DNA of 64,000 nt from the human T2T-CHM13v2.0 reference genome, Homo sapiens. The DNA is taken from NCBI RefSeq assembly GCF_009914755.1, contig NC_060926.1, one strand, 5' to 3'. Position 1 is the first letter of the stretch, and every line of letters starts with the position of its first letter. Made by a program: the position numbers and the translations under genes. The notes beneath the pieces were generated by a model. It was not told the DNA's origin. It made no database searches and saw nothing but the letters and a program-made list of their open reading frames with translations. This document shows positions 1 through 15,990 of this stretch, piece after piece.

Positions 1-99
1 CACAAGCTCCTTGGTTAAAGTCCTTTGTCAGACAAGTTATGTGGATGACAGTTTTCTCTGTTCTCTGTTCAACAATCACCTCCTTTCCTGCCCATGTAC

Positions 100-316
100 C
101 TTCAACCTCAGTCCCCTTTTCTGCTTTACTTTTCTTCATGCACTTAGCACTTCCTGACATTCTTTATGTGTTTACTATTTACCGGTTAATTTTTTGCCTT
201 CCCCACTAGATGTGAAACTCCTCAAGGGCAGATACTCTATTTTATTGACCTTTATATCTTCAGTGCCTGGGACAATGCCTGGCCCATGGTTGCTGCTCAA
301 TAAATAGCTGTTGAAA
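100..316 (+). mobile_element. L2 3' end
   Basis: ...cagtgcctgg...ctcaataaatagctgttgaa, typical L2 tail. Confidence 0.65.
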
Positions 317-740
317 AAATTACATTTTGTATACTTCAAACATCATTCTGCCTTTTGCCCTGACACATGGGCGACATCTTAGCTGAGAATAAGGTTTTTG
401 AGGTGCAGTCCTTTCCTTGTGGCACATTCCTCCACTGTCTTCTGGTTTCCCAGGCTGCACAGAGGAAGTCTGTTGCCAGCTCATCTCTCTGATATTTTGT
501 GCACACCCCAATTTATGCAATATTATACTCGCATATTTTTGTTTCTACAGCAATCTCCTATGTCTGTCTTTGAGCCCTTGGCACAATGTCTCATGCATCG
601 TAGGAGTCCCTAAGGTGTTTGTTGTATAAACAACTGGCTGAATGAATCCATGGATGAATGGATGAACACAGGAAGAAAGGGAGGACTTAAAGAGTATATT
701 ATTGAACGCTTGGCATGTCAACCACAGAGATGGTCTAGAC

Positions 741-926
741 CAGTAGTTTTCAAAGCGGAGCCTAGATCAACAGTGGCAGCCCCACTTGAAAACTTGTTAG
801 AGATGAAAATTTTGGGGCACCACCCAGACCTACTAAATCAGAAACTCTGGAGGTGGAGCCCAGGAATTTGTGTTTTAACAAGCCCTGCAGGTGATTCTGA
901 TGCAGTTTCCAGTTTGAGAACCACTG
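741..926. mobile_element. MER5A (hAT-Charlie MITE)
   Basis: TIR-like ends cagtagttttcaaa...tttgagaaccactg; internal agacctactaaatcagaaactctg. Confidence 0.85.
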
Positions 927-1692
927 CTGTAGACCATCTGCATTTTCTGTATGGGAATCCTGAGGCTGGGAGCAGGAAGTGACTCATGTATTCTGTGAGT
1001 GTCCAGGTCTCCGTACTTTCAGGCCTGTACTCTTGCCACTCAGCCACGCTGCCTCACCTGATCTTGCTATGTTTTTTGTAATTAAAACCAACCACGTATT
1101 TGTCAAAACATTTCAAAGCACTGGGATTGAATCTCCACTCTTACAAAGTTTCCGATTTCATTGGGGTGTTTTCAGGATTAAAAATGTGAGTTAGAGTTGT
1201 TTCTATAAGGCTTTGAGCGGTGGAAAAGTGCCAGGCGATTGCATTACTTTTCAGAGGAGGCTTCTCAGGCTGGGGCTGTAACGTTATAGCCCAATGTTAT
1301 GGCTCATGCCCTCCTCTCTGCTCAGTGCCTTAATGCATGTCATACATGATCCAGTTTCCTCCTGTTGGTAGGAGCAAATGTGTAAATGGCAGTCAATGCT
1401 AGCCCAGGAGGGAGATGAGGAACTCTGACTTGATCAAGCACTCATGATCATTGCCTTTTTCTCACTAATTTCTTCATTTGTCACCAAGTGTCTTTTTAAT
1501 GTATTTTGTACATTCCTTTCCAGTCTTTTTTATATGCAAATTTTTTATTAGTTTGTCTTTATATTTTGGGCAGCCATGCTCATTATAATATCAAAGATTG
1601 CTTCCTTTCCTCAGTACACCTAGCACAGGCCCTTCCTCAGCTACTACTATAGAGCCCTTACCCATCTATTTTTTTTTTTCTAATATACTTTC

Positions 1693-1942
1693 AGCCAGGC
1701 TCAGTGACTCATGCCTGTAATCCCAGCACTTTGGGAGGCTGAGACAGGCGGAGCACTTGAGGCCAGGAGTTTAAGACCAGCCTGACCAGCACACCTGTAA
1801 TCCCAGGTACTTGGGATTGAGGTTGAGGCACAAGAATCACTTGAACCTGGGAGGTGGAGGTTGCAGTGAGCCAAGATCGTGCCACTGCACTCCAGCCTGG
1901 GCGACAGAACAAGACCCTGTCTCAAATAAATAAATAAATAAA
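1693..1942 (+). mobile_element. Alu with internal deletion of the middle linker
   Basis: Left-arm start joined directly to cacctgtaatcccag of the right arm; (taaa)n tail. Confidence 0.9.
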
Positions 1943-2070
1943 CTTTCCATTTTAGAAAAGCTTTAGATTTATGGAAAAGTTGCAAAGACAGTTCAGAGAA
2001 TTCCTGTATACCTGTATGACCTGCACACTCTGCACTCTTATTTCTTATTATTTCTTATTAATATATATAT

Positions 2071-2357
<287 letters not shown>

Positions 2358-2981
2358 GCTGCACTCTTATTCTTTAGAGAACAGGATTTTAGGATTAGAG
2401 AATTGAGATTTTTGAGTAGAGCAGTGACATTCTTAGATTTCTCCTTTTTGAAAAAGCTTCTGGGAGCATTCTGTTGACTGGACCAGGCTTCGTTGATTGT
2501 GTATCATTTGTCAGACTCTAGGCTATGGGGTGGGTACAATGATGAACAGGACACAACACCTGCCTTCTAGTTTTACCTTCGCAGCTCAACAGTAGAATTT
2601 GTTTATTTATTTAGAAATAATTATTATGTTATTTTTGGGTAGAGATGGGGTTGCTTAGGCTCTTGGCCTCAAGTGATCCTCCCGCCTTGGCCTCCCAAAG
2701 TGCTGGAATTACAGGCATGAGCCACCATGCCTGGGCTAGAATTTATTTTATTAATATATTTTTAATTATGGTAAAACATGCATTTATATACATAAAATTT
2801 ACCAACTTAGCAGTTTTCAAGTGCACAGCTCAGTGGTGTTAAGCACATATGCACTGTTGTGCAACCAACCTCCAGAACTTTTTCATCTCGCAAAACTGAA
2901 ACTCTGTCCTCATTAAACACTAACTCTTCATTCTTCCCTCCCTCTAGCACCTGGCAACCACCATTCTATTTCTGTCTATGA

Positions 2982-4215
<1,234 letters not shown>

Positions 4216-4737
4216 CTGTATATTGTGGATATTAATGACTTATTAGGTATATAATTTGCTAATGTTTTCTCCAGTTCTGTGGGCTGTCTTTCCACTTCGT
4301 TGGTAGCATCCTGTGATGTGCAAAAATTTTTCATTTTCATGTAGTTCGTCTTATTTATTTTAATTTTTGTTGCTTGCATTTTTGGTGTCATAGCCAAGAA
4401 ATTATTGCCAAAGCCAATGTCATGAAGCTTTCTCCCATGTCTTCTTTTACAAGGTTTATACTTTTATGTTTAGATCTTTTATCTGTTTTGAGTTAATTTT
4501 TGTATATGCTGTAAGGTGAGGGTTCAAATTCATTCGTTTGCATGTGGACATCCAGTTTTCCCACATTTGTTGAAAAGACTGCCCTTTTCCCATTGAATGG
4601 TCTCAGCACCCTTGTGAAAAAAATCATTTGACCATATACATAAGGGTTTCATATGTAATATAATTTATTTTGAAATGACATCAATGTATATTAATGGAAT
4701 GTGTGTGTTTCCACTTCCCCCTTTATCCCACATTTAG

Positions 4738-4874
4738 GTAGTATCACATTGTTTGCAGTCATTACCATCATCCTGGGATGCCTTAAAATTAGATACTTCA
4801 TTGGATTTTCAGAATGTTTATCAGCCACTGAAGGAGTTTTCCCTGTCACCCATTCAGTGCATACTTTGTTGCAG
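4738..4874 (+). pseudogene. OTOP1: OTOP1 pseudogene exon 2 homolog (137 bp)
   Basis: catttag|GT AGT ATC...TTG CAG|gtaaac; translates SITLFAVITIILGCLKIRYFIGFSECLSATEGVFPVTHSVHTLLQ. Confidence 0.93.
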
Positions 4875-5649
4875 GTAAACCACTGATGTTTATTCATGTT
4901 GTCTCATTCCTGTGGAGTGTATCCCAGGTTGTGTAGAAACTTGTAACATCGAGACATGTGGCAAGTGGAGACAGTGTGCACAGCTGTGAACTGCAGTGAA
5001 CTGAGGTGAACTGAAGTCTATCTTTGAGGCTTAATTCTTCAGCTGCCTCCATTGCAAAATAAAACTCTGTGTCCCCATGGCCATTTTTGCAGGGATCCTA
5101 TGAGGCAGAACTTCTAATGATGAAGAGTCAGGAAATTCTGCCAAGCCAGGGTCTACAGTAAAAGCTTGAGGGAGTTTTATTTTCTGGGTATGTAACAGGT
5201 TTATTGAGAGAATTCACATGGCATATAATTCAGCCATTTAACATGTGGAATTCAACGGTTTAGTCTGTTCATAGAGTTATGCAACCATTGCCAAAATCAA
5301 TTTTATTTTTAAAAAAAATTTAATATTCTTCCTACATAGAAACCTTGTGCCATTACAATGCCTCCTCTGGGTCATGGAAGCGCTTTTGTTTTCTTGTTTG
5401 GGGATTAAAGTCTTTTAGAAATGTATGAGGATTTTTTCCCACAGCATTGGTAAACTTGGTATGGCTCAGAAGGAAGGATTTGATAAATATAATTTAAATA
5501 CATAGCTTAGGGTCAGAAAAATCTCATGGTTGAAAAGAATGTTAGATGGGCTTTCAGGGTAGTGTTCGCCCTTGGCAGAAATCCGTGGTAATGTTATCAG
5601 AGTCAGGATCTGAATTGTTGAATTGTCAGTCTCATTTTTTTTTTGTTTT

Positions 5650-6290
5650 TTGTTGTATATGTTTAAGGTATACAACATGATTATTTGATATTCCTATCCA
5701 TAGTGAAGTGATTACTACAGTCAAGCATATTTATGTCTGTCATCTCACATAGTTGCCTTTCTTTTTTTGGATGTGGTAAGAGCACCTAAAATCTATTCTC
5801 TTAGCAAATTTCCAGTATACAATACAATAGTATTAACTACAGTCTTCACGTTGTCCATTACATCTCTAGAATTATTCATCTTACGTATTTGCAACTTTGT
5901 ACCCTTTGACCAAAATCTTCTAATTTTTCCCCTCCAACTACCATTCTACTCTTTATGTTATTTTGTTTTTATTTATTAATTTAATTCAATTTTAGAGACA
6001 GGGTCTTGCTCTGTTGCCCAGGGTAGAGTGCAGTGGTGCCATCACGGATCACTGCAGCCTTGAATTCAGCTCAAGTGATCCTCCCGCCTCAGTCTCCCTA
6101 GTAGCTAGGACTACAGGCCCACATCACCATGCCCAGCTTCTACCATCTGTTTTTATGCATTGGATTAAAAACGTTTTTCTAGATACCACATATAAGTGAG
6201 ATTATGCAGTATTTTTCTTTCTGTGTCTGCCTTATTTCACTGAGCACAATGTCCTCCAGATTTGCCCATGTTGTTGCAAATGGCAGGCTC
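5650..6290 (-). mobile_element. L1MA 3' end with an inserted AluJ fragment (about 5985-6140)
   Basis: tttaaggtatacaacatg...ccacatataagtgagattatgcagt motifs. Confidence 0.75.
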
Positions 6291-6754
6291 TGCCCTCATT
6301 TTTTTCTAACGAAGAAGTTGGAGCTCAGAGAAGACAAGTGACTTGCTCAAAGTCACTGCGGAGACACAATGATTATTTTCTTCCTGACAAGTCACCCTGG
6401 AAGACCATGAACTTGTTCTGGTGATACTGCCATTGCTGGAAATATTTTTGGATTTCCAGTTTGAGAAGGTTCTTTGGAAAGTTTTCTACCTCTAGAAAAC
6501 CAGGGATGACATTTTTAAAACTTCATCTTTTATCCAAAGTGACCGTCAGCTTGTACCCCCAGCTGACTTACCGGACAGCACTGGATGACCTTAGAGTGTT
6601 TCTCTAGATCAAACACATTCTCAAACAGTGAAGCTAACAGACAGAACATGCCCAGTGAGCCTGGAAACAGTTTAGCTCCCTGGTGGCATGGTGGGATCAC
6701 TGGGGAGCTTGCTGAGGGGCTCATTTGGAGGGGCTGCCTTGCACTTGAAAGCTT

Positions 6755-7445
<691 letters not shown>

Positions 7446-8483
7446 AACTGGCTGCTCATTCCAGGGGAGCCAAATCCCGTGAAGACAGAGCCTTATAGTG
7501 ATACAGTGACAATGTGGAAAGCTTTCGTGAGGCCAGAACGAACTGCATTCGTTCATTCATTTATTTTTCTTGCAGTTCATCTTTAAATACTGGATGAACA
7601 TTGTTCTCAGCATGGGGAATACAAGGCTGCAAAGTCTGTGGCACACACCGTGGGGGTGTCAGTTAGGTGAGAGGCAGTCCCCAAAACAGTGACAACGCTG
7701 GGCTCAGTGCTTTGACCAGAGTGTCCCAGAGCAATGAGGGAGCACAAAGGAGGGCATTTCGGCAGCTTGGGGTGAGAGTCAATTTCTGCCAGAGAAGGTC
7801 CCAGAACCGTTTGTGAGAGAGGGAGGAGCACAGGGTTAGTGGGTCAGAGGCCACTGGAAGAGGGTGTCTTTGGGACATGCAGTCTTTCCTCACAGTGGGG
7901 TAGCGGGAGGATGTGTGGGCACAGGCTGGATCCCTGTTTGGTGTAGGGCTTGTAAGCTTGCACTCTGGTCAGATTGCATGACTCTGGCTCTGACCACAGC
8001 TGTGTGACTTCAGGAAAATTATTTAACTTCTCTGGGCCTCATGGGTCTTACTTGCAAGGTGAGGACAATCACAGTACCTACTTCATGGGCTCGTTGTAGA
8101 GATTAAAGGCACATGTGTATGAAAAGCACTTGGCACAGGGCTAGGTGTGCAGCAAATTCTTGGTCAAGGCTGACCACCACCTAGGGGCTTGGGCTTCACC
8201 TCAAGGGCAGTGGGGAGCCACTGAAGGCTTTAGGCAGAAGAATGACTGGGACAGATATGAATTTTCAAAATATCCCTCTTAGTTGGTGGGTTGGAGATCC
8301 TAGCTTTCTAATTTAAGGCCTTTTATTGGCCAGGCAAGTCAATGAATTAATAATTCTATACCTGTTGGACACTTACCATGTGCTTTTGCTACATTAGATG
8401 ACTGGCGAATGGAAAAAAGTATATATAACAATTAGGCGCTGTTCTAAAAAACAGAGCATTTATTTTAAAATTGTGGCAAATAC

Positions 8484-8963
8484 TGAAAAACCCGTAGATA
8501 TCAGGATGAAATCGCTTTTGTCAGACCCAGGCAAAATAGGCCTGGGAAAGCGCTAAGGAGAGGGCACTTCTGTCTACGTGTCTGAGATACAAAGTGTTTC
8601 CAAAGACTTTCTAAAAACCCTTCATGCATCTCCTGCTTTGAAGAGGTTGGACATTACTAGACATTCATTAGGACTGCAGTAAAGCAGATAAGATGCTCTT
8701 GGAAGAACACTTGTCCAGCACTGGCATCTCCACCAATGAACTGATGACAACTCTGGCTTTGAGCCTCTAGAACCGATGAACTTTTTTTCTCTGTGGATTA
8801 TGTAAATCTCTCTTTGCTAATAACAGCTCCTCCTTACCCTTCCCTCACCGAATGCGCTGGTGGCTTGCCATTCCATGCATTCTGGACTGTAATTCCTATT
8901 TCCAAGTAAATCCAACATATTTAGCGATAATTTTCTCTAATGTCTTTTTTTTTCAGGTTGACA
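8484..8963 (+). mobile_element. Solo ERV1-type LTR (MER34/39-like) inserted in an L1MB fragment
   Basis: TG...ggttgaCA ends; splits the L1MB motif ttgtggcaaatac / cacataacatttacc. Confidence 0.6.
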
Positions 8964-9377
8964 ATCACATAACATTTACCATCTTAGTCATTTTAAGCGT
9001 ATGGTTCATTAATGTTAAGTACATTCACTTGTTGTACAACCAATCTGCAAACGTTTTTCATCTTGCAAAACTGAAACTCTGAGCCCACTAAACAACTCTC
9101 TATTTCCTCCTCCTCTGGCTTTTGGCAAACTCTGTTCTACTTTCTGTCTTTATGAGTTTGAATATTCTAGATGCCTCGTATAAATTGAACCATACAGTAT
9201 TGGTCTTCTTGTGTCTGGCTTATTTCTCACAGCATAACGTTCTCAAGGGTCATCCATGATGTAGCCAGAATCATGGCTGAGAAGGAGCCGTGTATTTGTG
9301 TGCACATGTCTGTCTCACCCTATGGTGCCTGAGGCTCTCCCAGGGCTGCTTGAGAACTGAGTCCTTGTGTTTTTCAG

Positions 9378-9508
9378 GTTTGGGGTGATCCACTTGGTGT
9401 TCACCAACCTGCTTCTGTGGGCCAACGGCGTCCTCAATGAGTCAAAGCACCAACTCAATGAGCACAAGGAATGGCTCATCACTCTGGGCTTTGGGAACAT
9501 AACAACAG
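9378..9508 (+). pseudogene. OTOP1: OTOP1 pseudogene exon 4 homolog (131 bp)
   Basis: ttttcag|G TTT GGG GTG...ACA ACA G|gtgagt; translates FGVIHLVFTNLLLWANGVLNESKHQLNEHKEWLITLGFGNITT. Confidence 0.93.
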
Positions 9509-10547
9509 GTGAGTGCTGAGAGAGGTGAGTGGCCCCTCTGCCATGTTGGAATGTCTTGGAAACCTGCAGAGTCCACAGTGTTCAGAGATGGAGTGCAGGT
9601 TCCAAAGAACTTCAGGCCCACCAAAGTCAGCATCAGCCAGACAGCCCCCTGTTGTTGAAAATCTTCCAAAACCTGAATCTCTCATAAGTGATGTGTACTG
9701 AGCATAATTAAGGTTTCTTCCATGACTCAGGGACTTGTAAGACCCACGGTGATCATTCTGATGGCCATTTCTCATGGTCCAGTTTGCCGCAGAAATAAAT
9801 GTCTTTGTTTTCAACTACAGAAGATTGATGGTTGCCTCTGCTTGTGTTTTTAATTAAACCTCTATTACCAGTTCTTTCTAGTAAAAGTATGGCTTTTAAA
9901 AATTCATAAAAGTCTAATGGTAGGTTGTGGTTAATAGGCTGTGGTTCATTTAAAGTTTTAATTTAACTGTAGTTGGCTTATAATTCTAGCTCATGTCTGT
10001 TCTACCTTGTTCCTATTTGAGAGCCTGTTGGGTTAATCTTTATATTTTCATCTAAAATCCTTTAGCATTTACAATATGTCACTTCTATATGAGAACATTC
10101 AGGCTGAGGGGAATGTGGGGCAGGGAACTGGGTGTCTCAGGTTTGTTCCCATCATGTACAAGCTGTGTGACCTTTAGAAGACTTTTAATCTCTCTGAGCC
10201 TCCCTTTTCTCATTTGTAAAGTGAGGGTATCCAAATCATGCACTTGCAAAGATCCCTTCCAGCTTTAACATGCAGCAAGTCTGTGACAGCTGTGTGAACC
10301 CAGGCTGTCCTGGAGAGCCACTTTGAACCTGTTTTGTCATCAGTGGGGTGGAGACAACGAAGTCACCACCCCCAACCAGCAGGCACTCGGTGTTTGGGCC
10401 TCATGTCCTCTTTGGTATCAATATTAGTAGCAGCAATGACAACAATAACAAAAGTAAATTTTTATTAAGCATTTGCTGAGTGCCTGCCACTGTTGTTGGA
10501 AATTTACACATGTCATTTAATTTGTACCCCCACACTCTCTGGTAGGC

Positions 10548-10567
10548 TATATATGTGTGTATATGTA

Positions 10568-10611
<44 letters not shown>

Positions 10612-10906
10612 TGTTTGTTTGTTTTGAGACAGAGTCTCACTCTGTCGCCTAAGCTGGAGTACAGTAGCGTGATCTCGGCTCACTGCAACCTCTGCCTCCC
10701 ATGTTCAAGTGATTCTCCTGCCTCAGCTTCCTGAGTAGCTGGGACTACAGGTGCGTGCCACCATACCTGGCTAATTTTTGTATTTTTAATAGAGACGGGG
10801 TTTCACTATGTTGGCCAGGCTGGTCTCCAACTCCTGGCCTTGTGATCCGCCAGCCTTGGCCTCCCAAACTGTTGGGATTACAGGCGTGAGCCACTGCGCC
10901 TGGCCT
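10548..10906 (-). mobile_element. (TA)n microsatellite followed by an AluS, inside a MIR
   Basis: (TA)n at 10548-10603; Alu at about 10614-10906. Confidence 0.9.
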
Positions 10907-11196
10907 CAGGTAGACAATATTAACCTCATTATATGGATGAAGGCATCAAGCCACGGAGAAGTTAGCCCAGGGTAACACAGTGAACATGTGATACAGCCAT
11001 GATTTGAATCCTAACAATCTGGCTTCAAGGCCCTCTGTGAAAGATGAGGTTGGATTAATTTTCTAAAAAAGGACTCTGTCAGCTTAACATTCTGTTACTC
11101 TGAACTTTTCCTCCTGATTTCTTCCCTTGTCTTCTGCATAACACCGTATTGAATTGTAAGTGCTAGGGAAGCCCTGTGTGAATTGAAGATTATTAC

Positions 11197-11505
11197 TGGG
11201 GCAGTGACTCACACCTGTAATCTGAGCACTTTGTAATCCTAAGGCAGGAGCATTGCTTTAGCCTAGGAATTTGAGACCAGCCTGGGCAACAAAGGGAGAC
11301 CCCAGCTCTGGAAAAAAAAAAAAAAAAGCCAGGCATGGTGGCATGGGCTCGTGGTCCCAGCTATAGCTACATGGGAGACTGATGCAGGAGGATCACTTGA
11401 GCCCAAGAAGTCAAGGCTGCAGTGAGCTGTGTTTGTGCCACTGCACTCCAGCCTGGGCAACAGAGGGAGACCCTATATAAAAAAGAATAAAAAAAGAAAA
11501 AGAAA
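11197..11505 (+). mobile_element. AluJ
   Basis: Diverged Alu with A-rich tail. Confidence 0.85.
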
Positions 11506-11560
11506 ATTTCATAGTGTTCTGTGAAAGTAAAATTAATGCTACGATATAGTTTTTCTCAGA

Positions 11561-11853
11561 TTTTTTTTTTTTTTTAGACGGAGTCTCGCTTGTCGCCCAG
11601 GCTGGAGTGCAGTGGCATGGTCTCGGATCATTGCAAGCTCTGCCTCCCGGGGGTCACACTCTTCTCCTGCCTCAGCCTCCTGAGTAGCTGGGACTACAGG
11701 CGCCCACCATCACGCCTGGCTAATTTTTTGTATTTTTAGTAGAGACAGGGTTTCACCATGTTAGCCAGGATGGTCTCAATCTCCTGACCTTGTGATCTAC
11801 CTGCCTCGGCCTTCCAAAGTGCTGGGATTACAGGCATGAGCCACCACACCCAG
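11561..11853 (-). mobile_element. AluY-like
   Basis: gcaagctc and ttagccaggatggtctc diagnostics; TSD ttttctcaga. Confidence 0.88.
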
Positions 11854-12353
11854 CTGCTTTTCTCAGATTTTGTAAGTAATATATACATATCATAAACTAA
11901 AACAATGACAAAGTGTGAAGCAAAAAAATCCACAACACTTACCCAGAAATGCAGTAAGTGCTGCGAATGTTTGGTTATTTTTTTGTAGTGTGCCATTTAT
12001 TTATAGTTGATTTTATACTATATATTTGATCTTTTTTTATTGCAACCTTCAATAAGAGACAGATTTTACACTGTAATCCAAACACGCACATACTTATGTG
12101 TGTATGCTTGATGAAATAATACTTAATTTTACTGTATCAGAGATGCTTCCAAATTTTATCAGAGTTGATTCCACTCCATTCTATCCCATTCTAGTCCACT
12201 GAAAATTATTTCTGCTACAAAAAAGTTGGTTGCTACCTGATTTTGCAGCCTTGTACTGGGTTGTGACTTGCATTAAAGAAATATACAGTTTGTTCTTACT
12301 TTTTTCCATTTTCCTTGAAATGAGATTACTTTCTTAATATTAAAACACATCCT

Positions 12354-12650
12354 GGCTGGGTGCAGTGGCTCATGCCTTTAATCCCAGAACTTCGGGAGGC
12401 TGAGGCGGGCAGATCGCATGAGCTCAGGAGTTCAAGACCAGCCTAGCCAACATGGCGGAACGTTGTCTCTACAAAAAATATAAAAATTAGCTGGGAGTGG
12501 TGGCATGGGCCTGTGGTCCCAGCTACTCAGCAGGCTGAAGTAGGAGGATGCTTGAGCACAGAAGGCTGATGTTGCAGTGAGCCAAGATTGTGCCACAGCA
12601 CTCCAGCCTGGGCAACAGAGGAGGCTCTGTCTCAAAACAAACAAAAAACA
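12354..12650 (+). mobile_element. AluJ
   Basis: Alu consensus motifs. Confidence 0.85.
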
Positions 12651-12777
12651 AACCCCCCCCCATACCCAAAACCATAAAGCACATCTTAATTATAACGTGC
12701 AGTGGCTGTCTACTATCTCATTGTTGGGATATACTAAAATTTACTTAACAATTTCTAAATTGTTGGACTTTGAGCTG

Positions 12778-12780
<3 letters not shown>

Positions 12781-12846
<66 letters not shown>

Positions 12847-12856
12847 AACACACACA
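12781..12856. repeat. (CT)n(CA)n compound microsatellite
   Basis: Directly visible. Confidence 0.95.
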
Positions 12857-12867
12857 ATTTTACCTGA

Positions 12868-13180
<313 letters not shown>

Positions 13181-13970
13181 TGATTACATTTTTATTTGTC
13201 CCTTTGAGTAGAAGGGTAGAATGGAAAGAATGGAATTATGGGTCAGAGACTGCATCGCCTTCAGGGCTTTGGTGACCTGTTTCGTCATTTACTTGCAGCA
13301 TCTGCCCTCCTGTGATGAGAGGGCCCTCCATATGACAGCCAGCTTCTCTTCCAGAAGGTGGTGCCCGTTTACTTTCCCCGCACTGATATCAGAGAGCACC
13401 TGTCTCCTGCATGCTTGCTAGCACTGGAGTCTTAAGAGGCATATCTTTTGCTAATTAAAAGGGGCATTTTCTCCAGAAAGTATTTTTTAAAAATAATCTT
13501 AAAAAATCACACATGTAAATCATCTTCACAGAAAAAATTTAGAAAATACAGGGAAGCAAAATCTAGAAGAGGTTAAAAATCATCTGTCATTTTTCCACCC
13601 AGAGATAACAATTGTTGACATTTTAGTTTGTGTCCTTCCAGGTTTTTTCTGTCTGTCTGTGTGTGTGTGTATCCATCTATCTATCTATCATCTACATATC
13701 TATTTTTTACAACAATAGAGTCATCTTCTCTATCCTCTTTGGCAACTCACCAAATAAATGTGATTTAGGTAATGAATATGCTTTGGGGATACTCAGGGCT
13801 ATCAAATTAGCCATCATATTAAACGTGATAATAAGCCATGACATGAAAAAGCTTGTAATCCAGTGGGAAGACTCAAGCCTGAATCCACAGTGGAAACAGT
13901 TTTCTGTGCTTTTCTGCTTCCCCTTGCACCTGCTAATAGCCCCTCTGTGTGATCAACCTGTCTCCCCTAG

Positions 13971-14918
13971 TTTTAGATGACCACACACCGCAGTGTAACT
14001 GCACGCCCCCAACTCTCTGCACCACCATCTCCCACGGGATCTACTATAACTACTACCTCTACCCCTTCAACATAGAGTATCAGATCCTGGCCTCCACAGT
14101 GCTCTACGTCCTATGGAAGAACATCGGGCGCAAAGTTGACAGCCATCAGCACCAGAAGATGCAGTTCAAGCCTGATGGGGTCACGGTGGGCACAGTCCTG
14201 GGCCTGACCGCGCTGGCTGCCACCATTGCCGTGGTGGTGGGTGGTGCACCTGATTCATATTGGGTGCTCCAAGACCAAGAGCGAGTCAGCACTCATCACG
14301 TTCTACCTGTATGTCATCACCCTGATGATGCTTATGGGGGCTGCGGGGCTGGCTGGAATCCGGATTTACAGGACAGATGAGAAGTCACTGGATGAGTCCA
14401 AAAATCCGCCCCGCAAACTGGACTCGGACCTCTTGGTGGGCACTGCCTCAGGCTCCTGGCTTATCTCCTGGGGCTCAATCTTGGCCATCCTTTGTGCCGA
14501 GGACCACCCCCACTACACCTGGTACAACCTGCCCTACTCCATCGTGGTGATCATGGAGAAGTACATCCAGAACCTCTTCATCTTTGAATCCATTCACCGA
14601 GAGCCTAAAAAACTCTCTGAGGACATCCAAACCCTTCGGATGGTCACAGTCTGCAATGGCAACACCATGTCCCTTGCTTCCTCCTGCCTCAAGAGTGGAG
14701 TTGTGGCCGGAGACGTGGCTCCCTGGGACAGGGACATGCCACCAGCAGCCAATGGAAATGTGTGCCTGAGAGAAAGTTGTGACAAGGAGGAGAAGCAGGA
14801 GGAGAGCAGCTGGGGAGGGAACCCAAGCCCAGTCCACCTTCCTCGTTTCTTACAGGGCAACGCCAAGAGAAAAGTCCTGAGGAATATTGCAGCCTTCTTG
14901 TTCCTCTGCAATACTTTG
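13971..14918 (+). pseudogene. OTOP1: OTOP1 pseudogene exon 5 homolog (948 bp), frameshifted near 14240
   Basis: cccctag|TT TTA GAT GAC...ACT TTG|gtaatc. OTOP1 peptide is split between ORF 13949-14380 (LDDHTPQCNC...YPFNIEYQIL...) and ORF 14226-14951 (HLIHIG...EKYIQNLFIFE...AAFLFLCN). Confidence 0.95.
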
Positions 14919-14944
14919 GTAATCTGCACCAAGTTATTCTTATT

Positions 14945-15990
<1,046 letters not shown>

